A DNA stretch of 26,941 bases. It comes from Chloropicon primus (lineage: Eukaryota). The stretch covers positions 806,001 to 832,941 of the forward strand of contig CP060760.1 in NCBI GenBank assembly GCA_023205875.1, given 5' to 3'. Both the position numbers and the translations under genes were made by a program. How positions within the stretch are numbered: the stretch's first letter is position 1; the number at the start of each line of letters is the position of its first letter. The notes beneath the pieces were generated by a model, which was not told where the DNA came from, did not search any database, and worked only from the letters and a program-made list of their open reading frames with translations. Shown here piece by piece: positions 8,874 to 17,845 of the stretch.

Positions 8874-11213
8874 ATGGGGATGAAGGACGCCGAGATTGCA
8901 TTCTTGAAGAACAGGATCAAGGAACTCGAGCAGGAGAAGAACAACGGGGACATCAGGCCGAGCGGAGGCGAGCCGAGTCAGGGCGACGAGGACCTCTTCA
9001 GGATCGACTCGCTCAGCCGGCAAGTGATCGTGAGCAACCTCCCGGGGGACAAGAGCTGCGCGGCCGCGTCCGAGAGCATCCGGTCCGACGCCACGGACGA
9101 CCTCGCGAACTACGAGAGGAAGGGGATCTTCGCGAGACCAGTCGGGCAGAGAAAGTGCCGCTTCGGGAGGGGGGGGAACGGGAAGGGGTGCGGCAGAGGC
9201 AGGCCGAGGCTGAGCAAGAGGGGGGGCGAGAAGGCGGTGGGAAACACCAAGGAGATGATCGAGCAAGTTTCTCGCATCTCGAGGCTCGGCGCCGTCATGA
9301 AGGTGTGCAAGAAGCTGAACTGGAAGGACAAGATGTACACGCCACTGGCCTCCAGGTTCGCCACGGCTGATATCCCGAGGGTCACCTTCAAGGCCCTGCG
9401 CGAGGTTCTGAACGATTACGAGAGCTGCACGCTCTTCCTCTACGACGTGGATCCCGGGGCGGACCTCGACAACATCCTCGCCAAGGACTGCAAGGACATC
9501 GGGGTGAAGCTGGAGTGGGCGAACGCCGCGCACTTCAAGAAGTGGGGCATGGAGGACGGGGACATCGAGGCCTCGAGAGCGTTCTGGCAGGTGATGCGGA
9601 AGAAAACAAAGGTGGTGGACTTGTTGACAAACGCCCACACGAAAAGCGTGATGGAGTACGGGGATCTGGCGCCGAAGAGGCACATCTACATGTACTACGG
9701 CAGTGAGCGTGGGGTGAGGCACCAGGCGACGTTGGGAATCCTCCAGAACACCCCCTTTCTGATTGAGATGGAGCAGAAGAAGATCTACGTGGCGACCTTG
9801 CGCGAGGAGGTTGCGATGCAAAAGTATCCCACGGAAGTCCAGGACATTGTGACCCGAACGTATTCCTGCTTCAAGTACACGAGCAACAGCCTGGTCATCT
9901 TCTCTCAGGACGGGGTCATTCTGCAGCAGAATCCGGAAGCGAATTCCCTTTTTGGCATGGACAGCGTCGAGATGAGCATGTACGTTGACTTTGGCAAAGA
10001 CGACAAGCCCGTAGACCGCATCAAGGCCCTCTTCAAGGGGAACGACCGCCTGTACGACGAGATGTGGCAGTCCGTGGTGGAGGAGGACAGGACTTGGACC
10101 TGCAAGGTGAAGCTCTTCAAGCACAACTTCAGGCCAAGGGACGAGGCCTTGGACTTGGAGAGGTCCTCCAGCTCGTTCTCCTCGACTCCTTCCGCGGGCT
10201 CCGACGACGTGCTCTCCCCGACGGAGGAGGAGGAGGAGATGATGTACGGCCCTGGGCGGTGGTACTTTTTGGCCTTCAACAAATTCTTCGACCCCTCGGA
10301 CGGCAACCCTGTCCTGTTCCTGGAGATGAAGGACATCCACGACATGCAGATGGAGAAGCTCAAGTACGTGGCTGCCAGGAAGGCCGAGCACCAGCTCCTG
10401 CAGAGCATCATCCCGGAGCACCTCATCCAGTTCCTGGTGGACGAGACCAAGGAGAGGTCGAATTACAGCAACTCCAGCAGCGGCAACTCGAGGATTACCA
10501 GCCCGAAGAGCGGCAAGTCGAGCTCGCGCTCGACCTCCAGCGACCTCAGCCTCCTGGACATCTCCGCCATCCGCATGTCCACGGAGAACAGGGTCAGGGC
10601 CGTGGCGGAGTCCCACGAGAACGTCACGGTGTTCTTCGCGGACATCGTGGGCTTCACGAAGATCTCCTCGAGCTCCACCCCCGGTGACGTGATGATGATG
10701 CTCAACACGCTGTTCACCCTCTTGGACGACCTCTGCGACCACCACAGCATCTACAAGGTGGAGACGATCGGAGACGCCTACATGTGCGCCGCCGGTCTGC
10801 AGCTGAAGAGCGAGGTGAGGAGGCTCAAGGAGAAGGGCCTGGACTACCATGGTTGCGGCGGGAAGCACTGTCCCTCCTGGCACGCCTCGAGGCTCATCCA
10901 CTTCGCCAAGGACATCCTGGTGGGGGCCGAGAGCGTGCAGACGCCCGCCGGCGCGCCCGTGCAGATGAGGATCGGGTTGCACAGTGGGGACGTCGTGACC
11001 GGGGTCGTGGGCCACAAGATGCCGAGGTTCTGCCTCTTCGGGGACACCGTGAACGTCGCCAGCCGCATGGAATCGACTGGGAAGCCCGGCCTGATCCACG
11101 CGTCCTCCAGCACCAAGGACCTCGTGCCGGAGGAGAACTGGGTGTCCACCGGCGGCGTCGAGGCCAAGGGCAAGGGCGTCCTGGACACCTTCTTGCTCGA
11201 GCCCAAATCCTAA
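8874..11213 (+). CDS. Soluble class III nucleotide cyclase, predicted guanylate cyclase, with PAS-like N-terminal domains (paralog 1)
   Basis: Catalytic motifs 'FFADIVGFT', 'YKVETIGDAYM', 'PRFCLFGDTVNVASRMES', 'KGKG'; Glu and Cys specificity residues indicate GTP. Signalling helix 'HQLLQSIIPEH'; PAS-like 'IFSQDGVILQQNPEANSLFG'. Start at ATG 8874 chosen by analogy to paralog 2 (Met followed by a short coiled coil); ATG 8727 is an alternative. Confidence 0.9.
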   Translation: MGMKDAEIAFLKNRIKELEQEKNNGDIRPSGGEPSQGDEDLFRIDSLSRQVIVSNLPGDKSCAAASESIRSDATDDLANYERKGIFARPVGQRKCRFGRGGNGKGCGRGRPRLSKRGGEKAVGNTKEMIEQVSRISRLGAVMKVCKKLNWKDKMYTPLASRFATADIPRVTFKALREVLNDYESCTLFLYDVDPGADLDNILAKDCKDIGVKLEWANAAHFKKWGMEDGDIEASRAFWQVMRKKTKVVDLLTNAHTKSVMEYGDLAPKRHIYMYYGSERGVRHQATLGILQNTPFLIEMEQKKIYVATLREEVAMQKYPTEVQDIVTRTYSCFKYTSNSLVIFSQDGVILQQNPEANSLFGMDSVEMSMYVDFGKDDKPVDRIKALFKGNDRLYDEMWQSVVEEDRTWTCKVKLFKHNFRPRDEALDLERSSSSFSSTPSAGSDDVLSPTEEEEEMMYGPGRWYFLAFNKFFDPSDGNPVLFLEMKDIHDMQMEKLKYVAARKAEHQLLQSIIPEHLIQFLVDETKERSNYSNSSSGNSRITSPKSGKSSSRSTSSDLSLLDISAIRMSTENRVRAVAESHENVTVFFADIVGFTKISSSSTPGDVMMMLNTLFTLLDDLCDHHSIYKVETIGDAYMCAAGLQLKSEVRRLKEKGLDYHGCGGKHCPSWHASRLIHFAKDILVGAESVQTPAGAPVQMRIGLHSGDVVTGVVGHKMPRFCLFGDTVNVASRMESTGKPGLIHASSSTKDLVPEENWVSTGGVEAKGKGVLDTFLLEPKS
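10986..11197 (+). repeat. 212-bp exact direct repeat, copy 1 (cyclase 3' end)
   Basis: Base-by-base identical to 13865-14076 on manual comparison. Confidence 0.93.
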
Positions 11214-11592
11214 ACGAACGAAAGCTACCCTGTTCTGTGTTTTATTTTGAAAACCAAACCAAAGTCCCCCTCTTGTCCCTCCCGTTTTTCGTCTGGTGCG
11301 AGAATCGAACCCCCGCCGTTACGTCATGTCATGCGTTACACGACGTCCCTGCCTTGCTCCGCGGGTAAATGAAAAGAAGAAGAGTAGAATTCCCCCTCTG
11401 GCCGAAACTCGGCCTCCCGCCCCAGGGAAGAGGCGGCAGCGAGGAGCAGACGACGCCGGCGAAGAGGAAGAGGAAGAAGCGGCGGAGGGGAACCACAAGG
11501 ATAAGGACAAGGACAAGGAGACCAACACCGGTGGAGGCCGTCATGAGGGGCGGCCATCAGGAAGAGGACGGGGACGGGGGAGGAGGGGAGAA

Positions 11593-11636
<44 letters not shown>
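11593..11636. repeat. (CACGAC)n microsatellite immediately before the ATG of cyclase 2
   Basis: Visible perfect hexamer array ending just before ATG 11639. Confidence 0.9.
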
Positions 11637-11638
11637 AG

Positions 11639-14095
11639 ATGGGGGTGGAGGAGTTGAGGTTCGAGGTGGAGAGGCTGAGGGCGGAGCTGGAGGGCTACAA
11701 GGCGAGGGAAAGGGCGGGCCTGGACCTCAACCGCCCGATGGCAACGCCGGGGGGGGAGAGGAAGGGGGGTGCGGGATCCGGTGGTCCTTCCGGGAGCCCG
11801 GGCCTGGCGCACCCCGACGGATTCAGGGGGTGGAGGAGCCGGAGGTCCCTGGAGAAGGCCTCCGCGGACAGCCTCCAGCTGGAGCACTACTTTTACAAGC
11901 AGGGGGTCATGGCGCGGCCGTCGTGGGCGTCCAAGAGGGGGGGCGAGGTGCGGTTGGCGCCGAAGAGGGAGAGCGGGAGCCCGGTCAAGTGGCCCTTCGG
12001 TTTCGGGCGGGGCTCTCAGTCCAAAGTGGTGAACGACGAGGCCATGGTGGAGCACTACAGGAAGGTCTCCCTGCTCGGGGAGGTGCTGGCCCGGTGCAGG
12101 GAGCTGTGCTGGAAGCAAGGGATGCTCACGCCGCTCACCGAGCGCTTCGAGGGCGTCACGATTCCCAGGGCGACCCTCAAGGCCGTGGACGAGATCTTGT
12201 CCCTTTCGAACAAGCCTGTGACCCTCCGGGTGGTCAAGAACTACACCGGCCAGGAGGACTGGGCCGATGTCGAGTTCGACACCATTTGGGCGAACAAGGC
12301 CGGGCTGTCCCACTGGGGCCTGCAGGACCTGGAGAAGCTGATCGAGTTCTCCGACAAGCGCGGGGTGAAGAAGGCCAGGTTCGTCCACCGCATCCTGGAG
12401 GCTTGCAACCAGATGGCCCTGGAGGACCTGGACGCCCAGCCCACGAGGCACATGTACTACCACTACGGGAGCGAGGCCGGGGTCAAGAAGGAGGCGAGTG
12501 TCCTGATCCTGCAAGTCACGCCCCTCCTCATCGAGGTCGACAAGAAAGTCTACTTTGGCCTGATGTACGAGCACGACGCGGCGCAAAAGTACCACAGGGA
12601 GGTCATGGACACCGTCACGAGGTCCCACGCCGTCTTCAGGTACACGGAAACGGCCCTGACCATCTTCACCTCCTGCGGCATCATGCTGCAGCAGAATCCG
12701 CTGTCCTGCACCCTATTCGGCATCGTGGCCTCGGAGAACACCATGTACAGCGACTTTGACAAGGAGGGCAAGCCCGTGAATCGTCTCATGGCGCTCTTCG
12801 GCGACAGCCACAGGCTTTACGAGGACATGTGGGACACTGTGGTCAACAAGAGCGGCGTGTGGTCGAGGAGGATGCGGCTCGGGAAGCAGCACCTGAGGCC
12901 CCTGGACGAGCAGAGCCTTACCAGCAGGTCCAAGCTGGCCTCGGACGCGTCTGAGGAATCCTCCAGGCTCGACAGGACGGAGGACTCGTCCAAGGGCATC
13001 TGGTTCAACGTCTCCTTCACCAAATTCAACGACCCTTCGGACGGCACCACCGCCATCTTTTGCGAGATGAAAAATATTCACAAGGTCGTCACGCAGGAGC
13101 AGAAGCTCCTGGCTGCAAGGAAGAACGAGCACGATCTCCTGCAGAGCATCATCCCCAAGCACATCATTGAGCACCTCCTGGAGGAGAAGCTGGAGGAGAA
13201 GATCGCGGCCAGAAGGGAAGAGGCAAGCAGCCTCGACAGCAGCACCGAGGGCCAGAGAACCCCAGGATCGCAAAGGAGCGACCGGTCCCCGAGCTTCTCC
13301 AGGAGCGTGTCCTTCGTCAGGAATTGCTCCTTCTCCTCGGACAATAGCGACAGGTACCTCAATATCGCTGCCGTGCGGATGAAGAGCGACAAGAGGGTGA
13401 GAGCCATGGCAGAGCACCAGAAGGACGTTACGGTGTTCTTCGCGGACGTCGTCGGGTTTACCCAAATTTCTGCGGTGTCCTCCCCAGGGGACGTCATGAT
13501 CATGCTCAACAGTCTCTTCACCATGTTCGACGACGTCACGGACTTTCACGACGTCTACAAGGTGGAGACGATCGGCGATTCGTACATGTGTGTAACGGGT
13601 TTGGACATGAAGCAGGGTTCGGACACGAATCTGGACCCAAGTCTTCACGCCAACCGCATGGTGACCTTCGCCAAAGACATCTTGGGCGCAGCCAGGCAGG
13701 TGAGTCGAGTCTTTGACGCTTTGACGCTTTGACGCTTTGATTTGATCTGATTCCATCCCAGAACTGACCACGACATCCTCCTCCTCCGCTTCCTCCTTTC
13801 TCGCACGCAGGTCACGACCCCCGACGGGGAGACGCCCGTGCAGGTGCGGGTCGGGTTGCACAGCGGGGACGTCGTGACCGGGGTCGTGGGCCACAAGATG
13901 CCGAGGTTCTGCCTCTTCGGGGACACCGTGAACGTCGCCAGCCGCATGGAATCGACTGGGAAGCCCGGCCTGATCCACGCGTCCTCCAGCACCAAGGACC
14001 TCGTGCCGGAGGAGAACTGGGTGTCCACCGGCGGCGTCGAGGCCAAGGGCAAGGGCGTCCTGGACACCTTCTTGCTTGAATGCATTAAGTTATAG
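11639..14095 (+). CDS. Soluble predicted guanylate cyclase with PAS-like domains (paralog 2); exons 11639-13699 and 13811-14095
   Basis: Collinear with paralog 1 ('RHMYYHYGSE', 'LQQNP', 'KFNDPSDG', 'LLQSIIP', 'FFADVVGFT', 'KVETIGDSY'). A phase-0 GT-AG intron joins '...GAARQ|VTTPDGETPVQVRVGLHSG', restoring the full cyclase domain. Confidence 0.9.
13700..13810 (+). other. Spliceosomal intron (111 nt) in cyclase 2
   Basis: CAG|GTGAGT donor, CTGAC branch near 13764, pyrimidine tract, GCAG acceptor; removal restores the frame. Confidence 0.92.
13865..14076 (+). repeat. 212-bp exact direct repeat, copy 2
   Basis: Identical to 10986-11197. Confidence 0.93.
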
Positions 14096-14252
14096 TTTTG
14101 TTTTGTTTAATTCAACCTTTTTTGTTGTTTGTTGTTGTTGTTTGGAGTCCATCCGGTCCATCCGGTCCTCCTCGCAACTGCTGCGAGCCAAGCCAAGCAG
14201 AGCAGGACGAGATCTGGCGCCGGAGACCGAGAGCGCGGGAGAGGACCACACC

Positions 14253-16014
14253 ATGGGGAATAAGCAGCGTGGCAAGGACCGTGCGTACATAACGCGGACG
14301 GAGTGGAACAACGAGTGGGGCGGGTGCAAGAAGAAGCTCGGTGCCCACGCGGCGAACGCCAAGTTCAAGAGCCTCCCTTTCTTCTGCTGCGGTCTCAGTC
14401 TGCAGCCTTTCGAGGACCCTTGCTGCACGAAGACCAATGGAACGGTGTATGATATCACGAACTTGGTCCCTTACGTGCAAAAGCACAAGTGCCATCCCAG
14501 TACCGGCGTTCCCTGCACCCTCAAGGACCTCGACCTTGTCAAGCTTCACTTCCACAAGAACCTTAGCGGGGATTACTGGTGCCCCGTGCTCAACAAAGTT
14601 TTTACCGCAAGCACTCACATCGTCGCAATAGGTAAGTCGCAGGCGTTTCCTTCGTGTCCAGCCCCTCCGCAGTCTGCTGACGACCAAGCGGTTTCCCTCC
14701 TCAGCGACAACCGGGAACGTGTACAGCTACGAGGCCGTGAACGAGCTCAACCTCAAGGCCAAGAATTACAGAGACCTCCTGGATGAGACCAAGACGTTTG
14801 CTGGGAAGAAGGACGTGATCACAATTCAGAACCCGAACGACTTGCAGTCCCGGCAGCTCGAGAACTTCCACTGCCTCGAGCAGAACCACGACCTGCCGTC
14901 CTCCTCCAAGACGGATCCCGCGGAGGGGGGCATACGGGTTGTCAGCGAGGACTCGAGGAGGATCCTGCAGCATATAGGCGCCGGGGCGGCGAAGAGGAAG
15001 ACCTCGGGTGTCCTTGGTGGGAGCAAGGCAGCTGGTCCCAAGAGCAGCGCTCTCGCAGAGTCGAGTCAGATCCAGACCGGCGTTCCCAAGAAGGCCACTA
15101 GCGGTCTCGGGGTCAAGACCGCCGGCGACGGCGACGGCAGACTGGAGGCCAGAGGTCGGTCAACCACGGGGGCGGTGAGCCGGTCCTTCACCTCCACGTC
15201 AATGAGCGTGCAGACCAAGAGCGAGATGGAGAAGGTGACGAGGGACTTGAGGCCCGCGAAGGGCAAGAAGGGTTACGTCCGCTTGGTGACGTCGCTGGGG
15301 GACCTCAACCTCGAGCTCCATTGCGACATCTGCCCCAGGACCTGCGAAAACTTCCTGACGCTGTGCGAGAGGGGGTATTACGACAAGACAATTTTCCACC
15401 GCAGCATTCCTCGGTTCATGGTGCAGGGCGGGGACCCAACCGGCACGGGCAGGGGGGGGGAGAGCATCTACGGGGGGCCCTTCAAAGACGAGCTGGACTC
15501 GAGGCTCCTGCATTCCGCCCGGGGGGTTTTGGCCATGGCCAACAGGGGCAAGAACACGAACACGTCCCAGTTCTACGTCCTTTACAGGCAGGCCCCCCAC
15601 CTGAATTACAAGCACACGGTCTTTGGCAAGGTCGTCGGCGGGCTGAGCACTCTGGACGCCATCGAGTCCGTTGGTACGGACGATGGCGACAAGCCCGTCC
15701 AGGAGGTTTCCATCTTGTCCACCACGGTCTTCTCCAATCCCTTCACCGAGATGCTCGATGAGGAGGCGAGGGAAGCCAAGGCGAACAAGGAGGGCGAATC
15801 GGGAGAGGTTGAGGATGCCGGTGGGCAGGAGAGGGGGAGCTGGTACTCGAACCCCGGGGCTGCCGCAGCGACGGCGACCGGCCAAGGCATCGGAAAGTAC
15901 CTGAACAAGAGACCCGCCGGGACCTCGTCCAAGCGTCAGGTTGCCCCTGGTTCTGGTTCTGGGTCTCAATCCAAGAAGTTTAAGTCCTCTTACGGCAACT
16001 TTGACGCATGGTAG
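14253..16014 (+). CDS. PPIL2: U-box/cyclophilin peptidyl-prolyl isomerase PPIL2 (CYP60/CYP65-like); exons 14253-14631 and 14705-16014
   Basis: N-terminus 'MGNKQRGKDRAYITRTEW', 'LPFFCCGLSLQPFEDP', 'CPVLNKVFT', and the spliced junction 'HIVAIA|TTGNVYSYEAV'. Cyclophilin domain 'FHRSIPRFMVQGGDPTGTGRGG', 'AMANRGKNTNTSQFY', 'HLNYKHTVFG'; C-terminal 'GNFDAW'. Intron 14632-14704 (GTAAGT...CTGAC...CAG), phase 1. Confidence 0.93.
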
Positions 16015-16170
16015 CCCACCATTATCCTAATCCTAATCCCATCCTCCATGTCATCCACCATCACCATCACCCTCTCCTCCTGTCGCTCTTGATCTGAAAC
16101 GCCCTGCAGAGGCAGAGCCCGTCCTGCAGGAGGCGGCTGCGGAGGACAGGAGGGCGATCGATCGATATCG

Positions 16171-17691
16171 ATGAGTGAGGGGAGGCCCGGGAAGCGTGCC
16201 AAGTCAGGGAAGGTGGGGGGGGAGAAGCAAAATGGAAACAAAACCTCACCCGGGGTCGACGCGGAGGTCACGGAGGTCATCATTGGCTTGCGCGGACAGG
16301 ACGGGAACGAGGTGGGGCCTCCGCTCAAGGTGCCCCTCTCCATCGAGCCCAAGAACCTCGAGGTCCTCGTGAACAAGCTCAAGCTTGCCGATGGCGGAGG
16401 CGACGGCGACGAGGATGGCGGGGGCTTTCAGCCCTACTCTTTCTTCATCAACGAGGTCGAGCTCACGGGGGACCTGCGTTCGCACTTGCACAAGCACGGC
16501 AACTCGCTGGAGAACCTTGAGGTGACGTTCAAGCCCCAGGCGTGGTTCAAGGTCTTGCCCGTGTCCCGTTGCTCCGCGACCATGACGGGCCACTCGGAGT
16601 CCGTTCTCTCGGTTCACTTCAGCCCGGACGGCTCCAACCTCGCGAGCGGATCGGGGGACACCACGGTGAGGCTCTGGGACCTCAACACCCAGACCAGGCG
16701 GCACGAGTGCAAGGGTCACAAGAACTGGGTTCTGGTGGTGTCCTGGTCGCCGGACTCCACCATGCTGGCGTCGGGGGGGATGGACTCCCTGATCATGCTG
16801 TGGGACCCGGCCACGGGGAAGCCGGCCGGCACTCTGAGGGGCCACAAGGACTCCATCACGAGCATCAGCTGGGAGCCCGCCCACCTCCGGCTGCCCAGCA
16901 AGAGGTTCTGCTCCTCCTCCAAGGACAAGAGCATCAGGGTGTGGGACGCCCTCACCAAGCAGTGCCTCTTCAGCATGCACTCGCACAGGCAGGCCGTGAC
17001 CTGCGCCAAGTGGTCCGGCACGGGGCTCATCTACAGCAGCTCCCGCGATACGAACATCTACGTGTGGGAGACCGAGCGGGGCCGGCTGGTCAAGCAGCTC
17101 CAGGGGCACGGGCACTGGGTGAACACGCTCGCCCTGAGCTCCGAGCACGCGCTGAGCCAGGGGCCTTTCGACCACAAGGGCAAGAGGCCCGAGGGCGACG
17201 CGGAGGCGATGGAGGCTGCCAAGAAGAAGTACGAGGAGGCCCTTGGGGGGCAGCCGGAGAGGCTGGTGAGCGGGTCGGACGACTTCACGATGTTCCTGTG
17301 GTGCCCGTCAAAGTCGAAGCACCACACGAGTCGCCTTACGGGCCACAAGAATCTGGTGAATCAGGTGAGGTTCTCGCCCAACGGCCAGTGGATCGCTTCG
17401 GCTTCCTTTGACAAGTCCGTCAAGCTTTGGAACGGGCACACGGGGGTCTTTGTCTGCTCCTTCTTCGGACACGTCGCCCCGGTGTACCAAGTCAGCTGGT
17501 CCGCGGACAGCAGGCTCATCTGCAGCGGGTCCAAGGACTCCACCCTCAAGGTCTGGGACCTGAGGACGAAGAAGCTCCGGGGGGACCTGCCCGGCCACGC
17601 GGACGAGGTGTTCACGGTCGACTGGTGCACCTCGGGCACTTTCGTGGCCTCCGGAGGGAGGGATCACGTGCTCAAACTGTGGAGGCACTGA
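16171..17691 (+). CDS. NLE1: Notchless / Rsa4 ribosome assembly WD40 protein
   Basis: N-terminal NLE/ubiquitin-like region ('PYSFFINEVE'), 'CSATMTGHSESVL', 'LASGSGDTTVRLWDL', 'GHGHWVNTLALS', 'ERLVSGSDDFTMFLW', 'DLPGHADEVFTVDW', ends 'LKLWRH'. Confidence 0.96.
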   Translation: MSEGRPGKRAKSGKVGGEKQNGNKTSPGVDAEVTEVIIGLRGQDGNEVGPPLKVPLSIEPKNLEVLVNKLKLADGGGDGDEDGGGFQPYSFFINEVELTGDLRSHLHKHGNSLENLEVTFKPQAWFKVLPVSRCSATMTGHSESVLSVHFSPDGSNLASGSGDTTVRLWDLNTQTRRHECKGHKNWVLVVSWSPDSTMLASGGMDSLIMLWDPATGKPAGTLRGHKDSITSISWEPAHLRLPSKRFCSSSKDKSIRVWDALTKQCLFSMHSHRQAVTCAKWSGTGLIYSSSRDTNIYVWETERGRLVKQLQGHGHWVNTLALSSEHALSQGPFDHKGKRPEGDAEAMEAAKKKYEEALGGQPERLVSGSDDFTMFLWCPSKSKHHTSRLTGHKNLVNQVRFSPNGQWIASASFDKSVKLWNGHTGVFVCSFFGHVAPVYQVSWSADSRLICSGSKDSTLKVWDLRTKKLRGDLPGHADEVFTVDWCTSGTFVASGGRDHVLKLWRH

Positions 17692-17790
17692 TTCTTTTTT
17701 TTCTTTGTGCGTGCGTGGGTGGGGTCGGTGGGGGTGGAGCGTGCGGGGCGGGGGTTTCTTGAAGACTCTTATAACTCTATACAACTTGTG

Positions 17791-17809
17791 TGTAACTCTA
17801 TAGATTACA
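17791..17809. terminator. Back-to-back TGTAA / TTACA poly(A) signals between convergent genes
   Basis: tgtaa-ctctataga-ttaca: one signal per strand in a 154-nt convergent spacer. Confidence 0.6.
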
Positions 17810-17845
17810 AAAGCAATGTCCGTGCCGCGCGAGAAGCAACGCGCT

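Noticed and set aside
8505..11099. 864-aa minus-strand ORF and similar long antisense ORFs (11336-12628, 12713-13978, 19169-20476, 22279-24264, 24685-25821)
   Set aside because: Expected shadow frames of GC3-rich coding sequence; each overlaps a well-supported gene and lacks motifs.
11369..11638. Poly-Thr N-terminal extension of cyclase 2
   Set aside because: Derived from a (CACGAC)n microsatellite, and paralog similarity begins at ATG 11639. In-frame upstream ATGs exist, so this is not fully excluded.
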